Positions 1-13,900 of a stretch of DNA of 64,000 nucleotides are shown in pieces. How positions within the stretch are numbered: the first letter of the stretch is position 1; each line of letters starts with the position of its first letter. A program made the position numbers and the translations under genes. The notes below the pieces were generated by a model, which was not told where the DNA came from, searched no databases, and saw only the letters and a list, made by a program, of their open reading frames with translations. The DNA is from Isurus oxyrinchus (taxonomy: Eukaryota): assembly GCA_026770705.1 (NCBI GenBank), contig JANJGN010000001.1, positions 182,900,001 through 182,964,000 on the forward strand. Direction: 5' to 3'.

Positions 1-2948
1 CACACACCCAGTGCAGCATCCCTCTTCACATCACAGTACAGCATCCCTCTTCACATCACAGTGCAGCATCCCTCTTCACACACCCAGTGCAGCATCCTTC
101 TTCACACACCCAGTGCAACATCCCTCTTCACACAGCCAGTGCAGCATCCCTCTTCACACCAGAGTACAGCATCCCTCTTCACACACCCAATGCAGCATCC
201 CTCTTCACACACCCAGTGCAGCATCCTCTTCACACACCCAGTGCAGCATCCTCTTCACACACCCAGTGCAGCATCCTCTTCACACACCCAGTGCAGCATC
301 CTCTTCACACACCACAGTGCAGCATCCTCTTCACACAGCCAGTGCAGCAATCCTCTTCACACCACAGTACAGCATCCCTCTTCACACACCCAGTGCAGCA
401 TCCCTCTTCACACACCCAATGCAGCATCCTCTTCACACCACAGTGCAGCATCCCTCTTCACACACCCAGTGCAGCATCCCTCTTCACACAGCCAGTGCAG
501 CATCCTCTTCACACACCCAGTGCAGCATCCTCTTCACACACCCAGTGCAGCATCCTCTTCACACCACAGTGCAGCATCCCTCTTCACACACCCAGTGCAG
601 CATCCTCTTCACACACCCAGTGCAGCATCCTTCTTCACACACCCAGTGCAGCATCCTTCTTCACACACCCAGTGCAGCATCCTTCTTCACACACCCAGTG
701 CAGCATCCTCTTCACACACCCAGTGCAGCATCCCTCTTCACACACCCAGTGCAGCATCCCTCTTCACACACTCAGTGTAGCATCCTTCTTCACACACCCA
801 GTGCAGCATCCTCTTCACACACCACAGTGCAGCATCCTCTTCACACACCACAGTGCAGCATCCCTCTTCACACACCCAGTGCAGCATCCTCTTCACACCA
901 CAGTGCAGCATCACTTTTCACACCCCCAGTGCAGATCCTTCTACAAAGCCACAGTGATTCATCCCACTTCCTGCCCCCAGTGCAGCATCCCACTTCCAAC
1001 CCCCAGTGCAGCATCTCTCTTCACACCCTAGAGCAACTTCCCTCTTCACACCCACAATGCGGTACCCTCTTCACACGCCTTGTGCAGCATCCTCTGCACA
1101 TCCCATTGCAGCACCCTCTCCGCACTCTCAATGCAGCATCCTCATCACACCCCCAGTTCAGCATCCTCTTCACATGGCCAGTGCAGCATCCCTCTTCATA
1201 ACCCTAAGTACAGCATCTCCTGCAACCCCTAGTGCAGCATCCCTCTTCACACCACAGTACAGCATCCCTCTTCACACACCCAATGCAGCATCCCTCTTCA
1301 CATACCCAGTGCAGCACCCTCTTCACACTCCCAGTGCAGCATCTTCTTCACACTCCCAGTGCAGCATCTTCTTCACACGTCTAGTGCAGCATCCCTCTTC
1401 ATAATCACAGTGCAGCACCCTCTTCACACCCCCAGTGCAGCATCCTCTTCACATCCACAGTGAAGTATCTCTCCTTTCAACCCCAACTGTAGCATCGCTC
1501 TTCAAACCCTCGGTGCAGCATCCTCTTCATAAGTCCAATACAGCATCCTCTTCACACCCCCAGTGCAGCATCCCTCTTCATACTCCCAGTGCAGTACCTG
1601 TATTCACCCCCAGTGCAGAATCCCTCTATTCACCCCCAGTACAGCATCCCTCTACACATCTCCAGTGCAGCATCGCTCTACACACCCCCAGTGCAGCATT
1701 CCTCTACTCACTCAGAGTGCAGCATCCCTCTACAAATCTTCAATGCAGCATTTCTCTACACACCCCCACTGCAGCATCCTTTTCACATGCCCAGGGCAGC
1801 ATCCTCTGCACATCCCCAGTGCAGCATCCTCTGCACATTCCCAGTGCAGCATCCTCTGCGTACACCCAGTACAGAATCCTCTTGACACCCTCAGTGCAGG
1901 ATCGCTCCCTTCACACCCCGAGTGCAGCATCCCTTTGCACAACCCCAGTGCAAGATCCCTCTACACACCCAGAGTGCAGCACAGCCCCATTGCAGCATCC
2001 TCATAACACACCACAGTGCAGCTTCCCCTGCACACCCCCAGTGCAGCATCCTCCACCTAAGCGCAGCCTCCACTGCACACCCCCAGCACAGCATCATATG
2101 CACACCCCCAGTTCAGCATCCTCTGCATACCCCCAGTGCTGCATCCTCCGCCTGAGCGCAGCATCCACTGCACACCCCCAGTGCATGATCCCTCTACACA
2201 CCCAGAGTGCAGAACAGTCCCACTGCAGCATCCTCATAACACACCACAGTACAGCTTCCACTGCACACCCCCATTGCAGCATCCTCTGCACACCTGGAGC
2301 GCAGCATCATCTGCGCACCCCCAGTGCAGCATCCTCTACACACCCACAGTGCAGAAGCCTCTGCACACCCCCAGTGCTGCATCCTCTGCACGTTCTGAGC
2401 GCAGCATCCTCTGCACACCCCCAGTGCAGGATCCCTCTACACACCCAGAGTGCAGCACAGCCCCATTGCAGCATCCTCATAACACCCCACAGTGCAGCTT
2501 CCATTGCACACCCCCATTGCATCTTCCCCTGCACACCCCCAGTGCAGCACCCTCTCCACAACCCGAGCGCAGCATCCTCTGCACACCCGCAGTGCAGCAT
2601 CCTCTGCACGCCCCGAGCGCAGCATCCTCTGCACACCCTCATTGCAGGAGCCCTCTACACACCCAGAGTGCAGCACAGTACCGCTGCATCATCCGCATAT
2701 CAACCCCAGTGCAGCTTCCTCTGCACACTCCTAGTGCAGCATCCTCAGCACACCACCCAGTGCAGCAGCCACTTCACACTCGCAGTGCAGCACCCACTCC
2801 ATACCCCCAGTGCAGCATCCTCTGCACACCCCCAGTGCCGCATCCTCTCCGCACTCCAGTGCAGCATCCTACACGCACCCCCAGTGCAGCATCCCTCTTC
2901 ACACCCCCAGTGCAGAAACCCTCTATACACCCCCAGTGTGGCATCCCT
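1..2948. repeat. Minisatellite, unit ~24-25 bp (CCCAGTGCAGCATCC(C)TCTTCACACA); homogeneous at left, more diverged to the right
   Basis: Tandem copies read directly; long repetitive ORFs in all three + frames arise because the unit has no stop codons. Confidence 0.97.
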
Positions 2949-5305
2949 AGAGTCATAGAGTCACAGAGCTCTACAGCACAGAAAAAGGCCCTTCGACCCA
3001 TTGAGTCAGCGCCGGTCAACCAAGTACCTAACTATTCTAATCCCATTTTCCAGCACTAGGCCCATAGCCTTGTATGCTATGGCATCGCAAATACATATCC
3101 AAATATTTCTTAAATGTTATGAGGATTTCTGTCTCTACCACCCTTTCAGTCAGTGAGTTCCAGATTCCCAACACCCTCTGGGTGAAAAAATTCTTCCTCA
3201 AATCCCCTCTAAACCTCCTGCCCTTTACCTTAAATCTATGCCCCCTGGTTATTGATCCCTCCACCAAGGGGAAAAGTTCCTTCCCATCTACTCTATCTAC
3301 GCCCCTCATAATTTTATACACCTCAATCATGTCCCGCCTCAATCTCCTCTGCTCCAAGGAAAATAACCCCAGTCTATCCAATCTCTCCTCATAACTAAAA
3401 CTCAGCAGCCCAGGCAACATCCTGGTAAATCTCCTCTGCACTCTCTCTAATGCAATCACATCCTTCCTATAATGTGGATTCCAGAACAGCAAGCAATACT
3501 CTAGCTGTGGCCTAACCAGTGTTTTATACAGTTCCAGCATAACCTCCCTGATCTTATATTCTATGCCTTGGCTAATAATGACGAGTATCCCATATGCCTA
3601 CTTAACTACCTGTCCCGCTTCTTAAGGGACCAGTGGACATGCATACCAAGATCCCTCTGATCCTCGGCACTTCCCAGGGTCCTACCATTCATCGTGTATT
3701 CCCGTACCTTGTTTGTTCTACCCAAGTCCATCACCTCACACTTGTCCAGATTAAATTTCATTTGCCACTAATCAGCCCATCTGACCAGCCAGTCTACATC
3801 CCCCTGTAATCTAAGGCCAGCCAGACTATATCCCCCTGTAATCTAAGGCTATCCTCCTCACTATTAACCACCCCACCAATTTTCATGTCAGCCACGAATT
3901 TACTGATCAGCCCTCCTACATTCAAGTCTAAATCGTTTATATGTACCACAAACAGCAAAGGATCCAACACCAATCCCTGTGGAACTCCACTTGAAGGGTT
4001 CTCAAAATTCCCACATTTTTCATATCATCAACAAGGATATGACTTTTGGACTTTTACCTGAAACCAGACAACGAGAGGAGACAGAATACACATTCTTTCC
4101 TTTAAAGCAATCAACCCAGAGAAAGACTTAAACTAAAGCCCATCAAAATCTTGCATAAATAATCGCTACTAACTACTAAGGCAGGAAGATGACAATCAAT
4201 GCAATTATGCGAACCCATCAATACTCCGCACATATAATGGATTTCAGTTCAAAACTAGTTATGGAGACAGGAAGACACTGATACACATCATGCAAGCCCA
4301 TTAAAAACAATGAGACAACAATCACCTAGGGAAGCCCACCAAAATCAAACAAAGAACTAACCTTGATTTGGATTGAGATAAGAAATTCGAAGAAAAAAAC
4401 AGTATAACTCGGCCAGCAGGTCTGAAGTGAGCAGTTTTTGGGAGACACAGAAGGGTGAGCAGTTTTGAAAGCTGTTTTGGACAGTGAGCAATTGGGAGCG
4501 GTTGAAGCTGTGTTTAAGCAGGGAGCTGAGCCAAGCAGGGAGGAGATCCGGAGGTTTGCAGGCCTGCAGATAACATCACAGCGAGGGGCACGGGGTGGCA
4601 GGCTCAACCGAAGACAACAAGGCCACAACCGCGCCCTCCACCCAACTGAAGAACCTTTGCAGATTCCACAGACCAGGACCACGTGGGGACGGCAGGCCCC
4701 AGAGGACACAAAGAGCGTACCCCAAAACTGCAACCAGTTTACCTGGCTGGATTTCAAACTATCAAGGAACCCTGATTGGTGAGCATGATCCCTGACCTCT
4801 TCTAGTTCAATTTAGTTAGGTTTTGGGGGTGGAACAAGGGTAAGGGGATTAGTAGCGTGATTTCTCCTTGTTATGCCGTGTGTTCCCCATTTTTAACTAA
4901 GTGTACTTTGTAGGTCTGTATAATCTCAGTGTAATCCTAATGTTATAAATTCAGTTGTGACTTCAATAAACTCAGTTTTCTTTTCTTGCATCAAAACCAG
5001 TTGCCTGCTGCACTTTGTCACAACCCCCAAATAAATCCAAGGTCTAGAACCCAGGGAGTGGGAGTGATTTGAACCGCTCAGAAGTCAGAGGTGAAGCTGA
5101 CACACACACCACCACCCCCTCTACACTGGACACAGGCATCCAGTCACAAAAACACCCTTCGACCATCAACCTCTGCTTCCTGCCACTCAGCCAATTCTGG
5201 ATCCAATTTGCCAAATTGCCTTGGATCCCATGGGCTCTTACCTTCATTACCAGTCTCCCATGCGGGACCTTACCAAAAGCCTTGCTGAAGTCCAAGTAGA
5301 CTACA
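2949..5305 (-). mobile_element. 5'-truncated CR1 LINE (RT portion plus 3' UTR), interrupted by a solo LTR
   Basis: ORF 3037-3540 LYKTLVRPQLEYC...RLRRDMIEVYKI...TRGHRFK; ORF 5044-5370 VYLDFSKAFGKVPHGRL; ctatgactct-type tail at ~2949-2970; internal 32-bp tandem duplication at 3785-3848. Confidence 0.95.
3992..5123 (+). mobile_element. Solo LTR (~1.13 kb) inserted in CR1
   Basis: 4-bp TSD CACT (3988-3991, 5124-5127); removing it restores CR1 ggaactccactggacacagg; starts TG; AATAAA near 4965. Confidence 0.75.
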
Positions 5306-5309
5306 ATTA

Positions 5310-6275
5310 CCCCAGCGCACACAAGTGCAGCATCCTCTGCACACACCCAGTGCAGAATCCTCTCGACCACCTCAGTGCAGGATCGCTCCCTTCACACCCC
5401 TAATGCACCATCCCTCTTCACAACCCCAGTGCAGGATCCCTCTACATACCCAGAATACAGCACAGCCCCATTGCAGCATCCTCCTAACACCCCACAGTGC
5501 AGCTTCCACTGCACGCCCCCAGTGCAGCACCTTCTGCACACCCCCAGTGCGACATCCTCTGCACACCTCCAGTGCGACATCCTCTGCACACTTCCAGTGC
5601 AGCATCCTCTGCACACCTCCAGTGCAACATCCTCTGCACACCTCCAGTGCAACATCCTCTGCACACCTCCAGTGCAACATCCTCTGCACATGTCCAGTGC
5701 AGCATCCTCTGCACACCCCCAGTACAGCATCCTCTGAACAAGCCCAGTGCAGCACACTCTTCACACCCCAATGCAGCATCTTATGCACACCCCCACTGCA
5801 GAATCCTCTCAACACCCTCAGTGCAGGATCGCTCCCTTCACACCCCTAATGCAGTGTCCTCTTCACACCTCCAGTGCAACATCCTCTGCACACCCCCATT
5901 GCAGCATCCTCTTCAAACCCCCAGTGTGGCATCCACTGCACATGCCCAGTGTGGCATCCTCTGCACACCCCCAGTGCGGCAACCTCTGCACACCCCCAGT
6001 GCAGCATCCTCTGGACAAACGCAGCAGCATCCTCATGACACTCTCAGTGCAGCACCCTCCTCACACCCCCAGTGCAGATTCCTCTCAACACACTCAGTGC
6101 AGGGTCACTCCCTTCATCCTCAGCGCAGCATCCTGTGCACACCAGTGCGACACCCTCTTCACACACCCAATGCAGAATCCTCTCGACATTCTCAGTGCAG
6201 TTTCGCTCCCTTCAAAGCCCCAGTGCAGCATCTCTCACCACAACACTTACACAAACAGGGTGCAGAATCTCATTG
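5310..6275. repeat. Continuation of the minisatellite (CCAGTGCAGCATCCTCTGCACAC variants)
   Basis: Same unit as 1-2948; shares higher-order blocks with 1845-2040. Confidence 0.95.
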
Positions 6276-9200
6276 TACGTCTGCCCCCCGCCCCCGCCTT
6301 CACATTCGTCTTCCCTCTCCTTTTCACCTTATTTACAAATGCCACGATACAAATGGAATTGGGAAAAACCACAAATATATAACGTGTTCCTCTACAAACA
6401 ACGTGGTGACTGCAAAGCAGCTTTCTCGGCTTTATGTCCCGCACGGTTTGAAAAGGATCTGTTACAAGGTAGATGGAATGTAAATATGATTTTAGAAAAA
6501 TCAGCGATCAAGTTGAAACAATTCCTTTATTTTAAAGGCGGATGCCCTGAACAGCATTGAGGAGAAACATGTCTCTTGTATTGAAACACTGACGAGACAG
6601 GCGGTTGTGATTTATTTAAGGAAGCCTGTTTATGAGGGGGGGGGGGGGGGGGGATGAACGCGGTAAAAGGGCCATAATCTGGGCCCCGGATCATCCCTTC
6701 ACGCGGCCCCCCCCCCCACCCCCCACCTCACAGCCCCTCAACACCACAAATCAATGAACGTTTTCTTAAAGTGAGATGTGCGGACAAAATAAATTTTGTC
6801 TAAAAAGGAAATATTTTTTCGCTGCCTCTCTCTGGGACAGTGTTAGGAGGGCGGGGAATCCCAAAGCGTTGTCATGACAGGGCTGCGGTGGGAAATCTGT
6901 ATCTGAACCCGCAAAGCTCCTTCTCCCAATAAGGAACGAGTCGGCCGTAGTCACAAAATATTTTAAAGCGAGACCCCTTAAAGCGGTTTCACTATTTAGA
7001 CTATCCAAGCTGCAAATATCTGTAGTACTATTCTTGGGTTGATTCCGATCATTTTAAATGTGACTTTTTGTTTGCGATCAACAGTATACCCCTTTCACTA
7101 AAAGAGAACTGTCGAAGAGTTGAATGTAGGAGGCAATTACTCAGGATAACATGTACTTATTTTCTATGAGTAATGCGCAAATTCAGAATGTTGTAAAATC
7201 GCGGGAAATACAAATATTTGCTTGCAATATTTTTTCCAAATGTTTTTGTCACTTAAATGTACTGTGATTTTATAGACGGATGTTATAAGCAGATGTTGAG
7301 GGTTTACATTGCAAATAAAACCGTGATTTATCTGCACTGGAGATTCATGCAGGGTGTATATACTCCGCTTTAAAAAATCTTTACATCTGTGTCCCTGATG
7401 GATAAGGAGAATAACAGCGGTTAAAAAGAGACAACAGAATATGTGTGCACGCAAAGCGAAGAGTATGTTATAAGGAGATTTCTGTGCACTTAAATCCGAA
7501 AGGCGTCCCCCGAACGGGACGCCCCGTCCCTTCTCAAAATAAACTCATCCTCCAGAATGCTTCCGCTCGGTCCTAACGCCCGCAAAACTCAATTGTAAGG
7601 CAATCAATGGTCGTGGAAAAGTCATGATGTCCCAATACGAACTGCAAAACCCTCCGTTTTAATGTGGGTACAAAATGTGACGAGATTAAAGACACTTTAC
7701 TTTCATATTATCCAACAAATGAATAATATTATGGGGTTGTCATAAATTGGCATCATTTACAAGCAACAGCACGGAAGGGCATGTTTATTTATGTTAAAGA
7801 AATATTCTGTTTGGATCAGAAGGATGTCCCCTTCCCCCACAACAAATCCAGTCATTTTTTTTTTGGAGAGCTGGAATGTTGAATCCGCCTATTTCTCGCT
7901 AGATCGAATCGAACGGATTAATATAATATTCTGCAGTGGCCCAATGAAAATGGATGGGCTGAAGGGAGAACTGTTCGTTTCTCTACTAACTGTGCGTGGA
8001 ATACCCTGAATAACACTACTCCGATTTAGCGACATGTGACTGAAAGTGGGCCAGTTGTGGAGGAGAAGCGGCCAGTGTGGACTGCACAGGCTCTCCGACT
8101 CTACGTGGATCGCATCAAGTTGACGCTGGTGGAGAGTTTCAGAGGGTGACAGAGTAGCAAAAACCGCTCGATTGGAAAACAATTAGACATTGGTTGGACT
8201 GGAACCGGGTTGTCGGACTCAGGTCTTGACAGGATTGTCTGGACAGGATTTCCACGCCCTTCCTGACTGATGGTATATGGAGTGAGGCTGAATCAATTTT
8301 GTCTGGGGTGGGCGGGGGGGGGGGGGGCAATGTCGTGTACAAACTGGAATCAAAAAAGTGCTCTGCACCGTTCCAGATTGGACTGGAGCCCGAAGTGAAA
8401 GTGAAGCGATTTGCCCAAGGAACGGCGACCAAAGGAAAGCCGTTGACACCTTGGTGTGATCAGGATGTAGGGAGGAGTGCTGTGAAGCTCTGGACCTGGC
8501 TGTAATACTGTTATATGGTTTATGTAAGAAGCCTGAGCGCAGCAGTTTACCTGAATCTATCCCTCTGATTGCACGTGGACTGGAACCAGAGTAGCTTGCC
8601 TGCTCTTACTTTAATCGGATTACATTGGGAGCGGTGCTGGTGCAGTCTGTCTGACATTCTGCCGCTCCGAATGTATGGGGTTGAGCTGCCAACCTCTGAT
8701 CCGATTGTGAATTCTTTAATCTCATCGAGATCTGCTGTCCCCGCTTCTCAGCTCCAATAACACTAATGGATAGCTCTTATTGGCTGCATTAGACAGATGT
8801 CTCCTCTCAAATCGGATTGCTAGTAATACTTTCACTCGTATTAAATGCAAACACCTCAATTTTCTCTCCCCGCCCCCTCCCCAGTATCATCCACACAGTG
8901 GCACAACCACTTGGAGGTTGGTTTTTATTAAAGCGCGGAGAGCAGTTCCATACAGCTGACTCCATAGGTCCAGTTCATAATACCGCAACTGCTAAACATC
9001 CACACGCTGCGATAGTTGTGTTTTTTTAAACCACTATGCATTTATTGGTAGGATAATCGTTCAACCTTTCAAATCTAAACTTTTTTCTTGATTGGGTTCC
9101 ACGGCATATTCCATGAATTATTTGGCTCTCATATTCATGCATTGTTTTGTATAAAATTTATGATTGAAACATTGTCAAACCTGTTATATTTTAACCGGAC

Positions 9201-10577
9201 CTAATCTAAATTTACTCCAATACAAACAGGTTTACATTAAACTAATATCTATAGTAAATCGTAAACGGACTCGGCACCGACTAAGCAACGGGCGATTCAG
9301 GAATGGTTTTATTCAGCTAAAGTCTTCCCGGGTTTTGTCAGTTTTAGTACACGGGTAACTAGATATTTCAAACATGATTTTCTTTCTCTTGTCCTTTTCT
9401 GTTGTTACGTTTGATGGAATCGTTTTCTGAAATGCACACATGTGCCAGTAGAATGATGACAAGAATAATGAACCGCCCTCAGTTATACATTCCGCGCTGC
9501 ATGGTGACTCTTTGTGTGTTGCCCCTTTCCAAACCGCGCCCGTTAATGATCATCCAGAACTCTCCCAGTTCAATCACCAGTGTCTTTCCCTCTTTTAAAG
9601 TCCATTACACGTTACACATTACACATTGCACATCCAGACCAGCAAATCCCTTTTCCCCCCATTGGGCTGCAAAATGTCCAATTAAAATGAGATGACAATA
9701 AACTCAAAGACTGAGATATATTTTTTTGAATTTCAATTGATTACATTTCATCAGCAATTAGTTATTTAGCATGTACTGCAAAGAAAGCTTCAGGCAATTA
9801 ATGGATACAGAGAATGGGGGATCCGGTAAACCAGCGGGGATTGTGTTTCTTTACATTTTTTTTCTCTAACTAGAAGTTAGTAAGGTTTCATTTATCATTT
9901 CCATGTGAATAGTTAACAGGGTGAAATCAATATCAAACGAATCCATAAATCACCCATTATGTCAGCACAGATCAAAATATCGCGTCTGTTATTACAATCA
10001 ATAAACTATTTTCAAACAACAGAAAATATGACAAACACATTGTAACCGATTGGGATTTTTACAAGTTCATTCCCTTCCGCCAGTTACAAACAAACCACAA
10101 TCTGTACAATGACCTGTTAGAATTATCAGTAATAACAACGGCATCTCAGATAAAATAACAGCATCTACAATAGCCTAATGCCAGTTACTTGTATTCATAA
10201 TACTGTCGTGTTTTCTGCCTGTTCGGATTTGTAAGTAAAATATACCTAAAAATTATCATTATAATTATTATTCACAAATACATTCGTTAAATAGAATGTC
10301 CTCTTCTTTGTTTCTGGCTGTACTTTATAACCGAGTATCTGATTCCATCACTAATGTGGAATATACCACATGTACAATACAGAAGCAAAATATTAAAGGT
10401 AAATTTTAATCTTCATAGATATAAACGCGAACCATCTTAGATTTGGCGAATTTACAGCAGAGAAGTGACAGATATTAACAAGGGAAAAAAGGTCAGTGCA
10501 GGACAATACAACTTATATACACAAATGCATTTTCTAACTATTTTTAAAGGATTAGACACGCGTCTTGCACGTGGACG

Positions 10578-10950
10578 AGTGTATATGTGTGAGGGTGTGT
10601 GTAAATGTGCATGTGTGTTTGAGTGTGTATGTATAGACAAGTGTGTGTGTGTGGAGGTGGGGGCGGGGCTCGGGTGGGCTGTGTTTCTGTGCATGTGTGA
10701 GGTTGTGTATGTATGGGCGTGGGTGTATGTATGTATGTGTGTATATGTATGTATATATGTGTGTGTGTGTGTGTATATGTATGTGCACGTATGCATATGT
10801 GTGTGTATGTATGTGTGCGTGCATGTGTGATATGTGTAAATGCTTATATCTGAGTCTGTGTGATATGTATATGTGTGTGTGAATATGTATATGTGTGTGA
10901 ATATGTGTGTGTGAATGTGTGAGAGAGATTGTATGTATGTGTATGTGGGC
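10578..10950. repeat. Imperfect (TG)n/(TGTA)n microsatellite
   Basis: Direct reading; yields spurious HT/CV-rich ORFs. Confidence 0.95.
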
Positions 10951-13900
10951 GCGGGGGATGGGGGTTGATATTCCTGCTCTAGATAGCTGCAAACAATCTG
11001 AATAACTCCTAGTATTCCATGATCACATACACCCTGATAAACATTCCTGATATATCTTCAGATTAAATCGTTCCGGCATGAGTTACTCTTAATCGTGTAT
11101 TATGCGTGTCGCCTTATTTCGGATTATTGAAATTCGCCTTTTATTTAATATTTGGCATTCGTTCTAATGCTCTCCGTCTTTTAAACAAGCTCTATGCAAA
11201 GCTCTTGAAATTGAAATTACCCCGAATCTTTCATCATGACGCAAACCTGTCGTACGTCTGAACATAAATACATCTTACTGAGCATCTCATCTTGACCTTG
11301 CAATATTTAAAATATATTTTGCTGAAATTGTCTGTTGGAACACGGATGTGGCTCCGACAAGTTTTGTTGTGAGGAGGCTGCCAACCCTCCCGAGTATTTC
11401 CATCATTTTGTTTTGTTTTGTTCTTGTGTTGTTCGAGGCTGGAGCGGGGAACTATAAACATCAGCCTAAACCCGCCCGCCATAAGATCTGATAAAGACAC
11501 TAGAACTGAAATTAAGGATTATGATAAATCTACTCCCTTTATTATCAGCTAATTAAAAATCCACTGGCCATCAATAATTGACAAGGGACTGAAAATAACT
11601 GGTTTGAACGCTGCCGAACAATGACTTTACGTTATGGACAATGTACAGATTCGCTCAGTGTTTCCCTGGCCACACAAATAAAGTGAAATGCTGACGCATT
11701 ACCTCAGCACGGCTAGTATTAGATCGGAATCATTTTACATTGTAATGTGTATGTTTCAGTATTCTTCATTAGATTAATTCCAATAGTGGCTGTACTTTTC
11801 TGTTTTGAGTTCACTACATGTAAACAACGGCGACTAGTGCAGTTTCACAAACAACACTGGTATGTAGCTTCATTTAAAGAATAACATCAGATTAAGTGCC
11901 GTAAATATTTCACAAACTCTATAAGTTTTTGTTTACACTTTCCCCCTGATATTTATAGCGATATCAAAAATACAATTTATAAAAAAATTATAAAAAATTT
12001 AGAAAAATATTCCAACTACATAAAATCCCCCCAAATTTCCCCAATTGCTTCCACAGTTCTGTTACTTAAGAGGGAAGGGATTTGTGTGACCCTGGATATT
12101 AATTTTAAAAGCCGTACGTAAAACACGTTTGAAAAATGTACTGTGTAATCTATCCTGTAACATTTGAGATTAGGTTCTACAGTTTTTTATTCCATTTATG
12201 TGACCAGGACGGTAAAATAGCGCCCAAACGAGTTATTTCCCGTCCTTTCTATTAACATAGTATTAATGTTTATGTTTAAAACCAACGGTTTTTTTTCTCC
12301 CTCAGAGTTCCCTTGTAGCTCTTTTGGTGGAGGTTTGAAAAATTGCTTTCAGATTAGCCAATTATCTGTCATTAATCACTGATATATCCAGGTATAAATC
12401 ACACAAAATGCTGTAACTCGTATATCCTCCTATAACTATCTAAACTAGCGATTACTGTTTCTGTTACCATGTAGCGGATCATTTCGCCGTCAGATCTGAA
12501 GAGTTTAGATTAAATGAGCACGATAAGGATGAAGAAGATTTAAATTATAAAGACAGATCATTTCCCATATTATAATCCTTCAGCGGAATTTTTTAAAAAT
12601 CTGAAAAATCAATTCTTAAAATCATATATTATAAATGACGCACAGTTTGTATATTCTATTTATTAAAAATAATACACGGATTTGCTTTTAGTACGGAACA
12701 GTTAAATTGAGAGTGCAGATTTTTGCCACAAATTCCATTAAAGGTGGATTTTTAACAGCTATTGAAGTGATCTAGATTCTGCTCCTTCCTTTTCTCTCAC
12801 CACCCTCATCACCCCCCACAACTTCGATTTTATTATATTCCTCTCTGAGTGACTCATTCGTTCAGTCCTTCAAATTCTGATTGGCATCTGTTAATCTTCT
12901 TATCAAAAGTGGAAATGAGAGCAAGTTAGAGTGATCACAAACTGAAGTTGCATACCGCCGTTAAAATCTGGGGAAGAATACAACGAACTGTACGGCTTTG
13001 TCGAAACAATTATTGCAGCCAATGACTTTCCATTAACGGGCACTGGTGAAAAAGAAGTTTCACCAATCATTTGTTAACACCAACGCCATGCAAACGATAA
13101 CTTCGCCTGATTACAATTTGTTCTGGTTATGTTGAGTCAGCACCTTAACTAAAATTAAATCCGAATTAAAAGAGAGTTTTAACAGCACACTTTAAATCCA
13201 ATCACAATATATAATCATATCGCACATTGTAAAAATAGTATTAGATTGAAAATTAAAACACTATGGAGTTTGTAACGCTTGAATGATAAAGGACCGAATT
13301 TTATAGATTCCTAATTGCATATAGAAACCGCAGCAGTTTCATATCATGAAATATTACTACAACATATATTTGCTGTTCATTACAATGTTGACAAGAAATC
13401 GAAAAGTAGATGCAGTGAAAAAACAAGAGAATTTAACCTCCCACATATACTCGCATTTCTAATTCTATTCGAGGCAAAAGATTTATTTACATTGTTTCCT
13501 TGTCCGACTGTTATTTGCGCTATACGAATTATAAGGCTCATTGAAAAAGGCTGTTTGTAGCAAAGCTATCGGTTACTAATTCAGATATACAGCATACCTT
13601 CTGTGCAAAAAAAGCATTCCCTTCATAGCTCCAGCCCGTTCCTCCGGCCCAGATATTTCCCAACATTTTGGGAGATGGGGGGAAATGCTCGACCTTCCCC
13701 TGATTAAGAAACCTTCGGCAATTTATTCTATTCTTTTCTGTCTAATGCAGCCCAGTGCAGGTGGCCGGCTCCACCAACACTGAGTCTTTTCAATAGCACG
13801 GCCTTCCTCCCAGTCAAGTACCATATAATTAATTTTAAGTTACTCTACGCACCATATTATTAAGATCAAAATCAAAAAGCAGTGTCAAAAAGAACTGATT

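Noticed and set aside
1-900. CRISPR-like regular repeats
   Set aside because: No unique spacers, no cas genes, vertebrate context
11-3059. Long His/Pro/Ser/Cys-rich ORFs (up to 507 aa), also at 5325-6483
   Set aside because: Stop-free minisatellite translated in all + frames; unit lengths are not multiples of 3; mostly GTG starts
6636-6725. G18 run and downstream C runs forming a potential stem or G4
   Set aside because: Homopolymers of unreliable length; no specific support
7502-7523. 8-bp GC hairpin ggcgtccc/gggacgcc
   Set aside because: Short; expected by chance; terminator logic does not apply here
10452-10992. HT- and CV-rich ORFs
   Set aside because: Microsatellite translations
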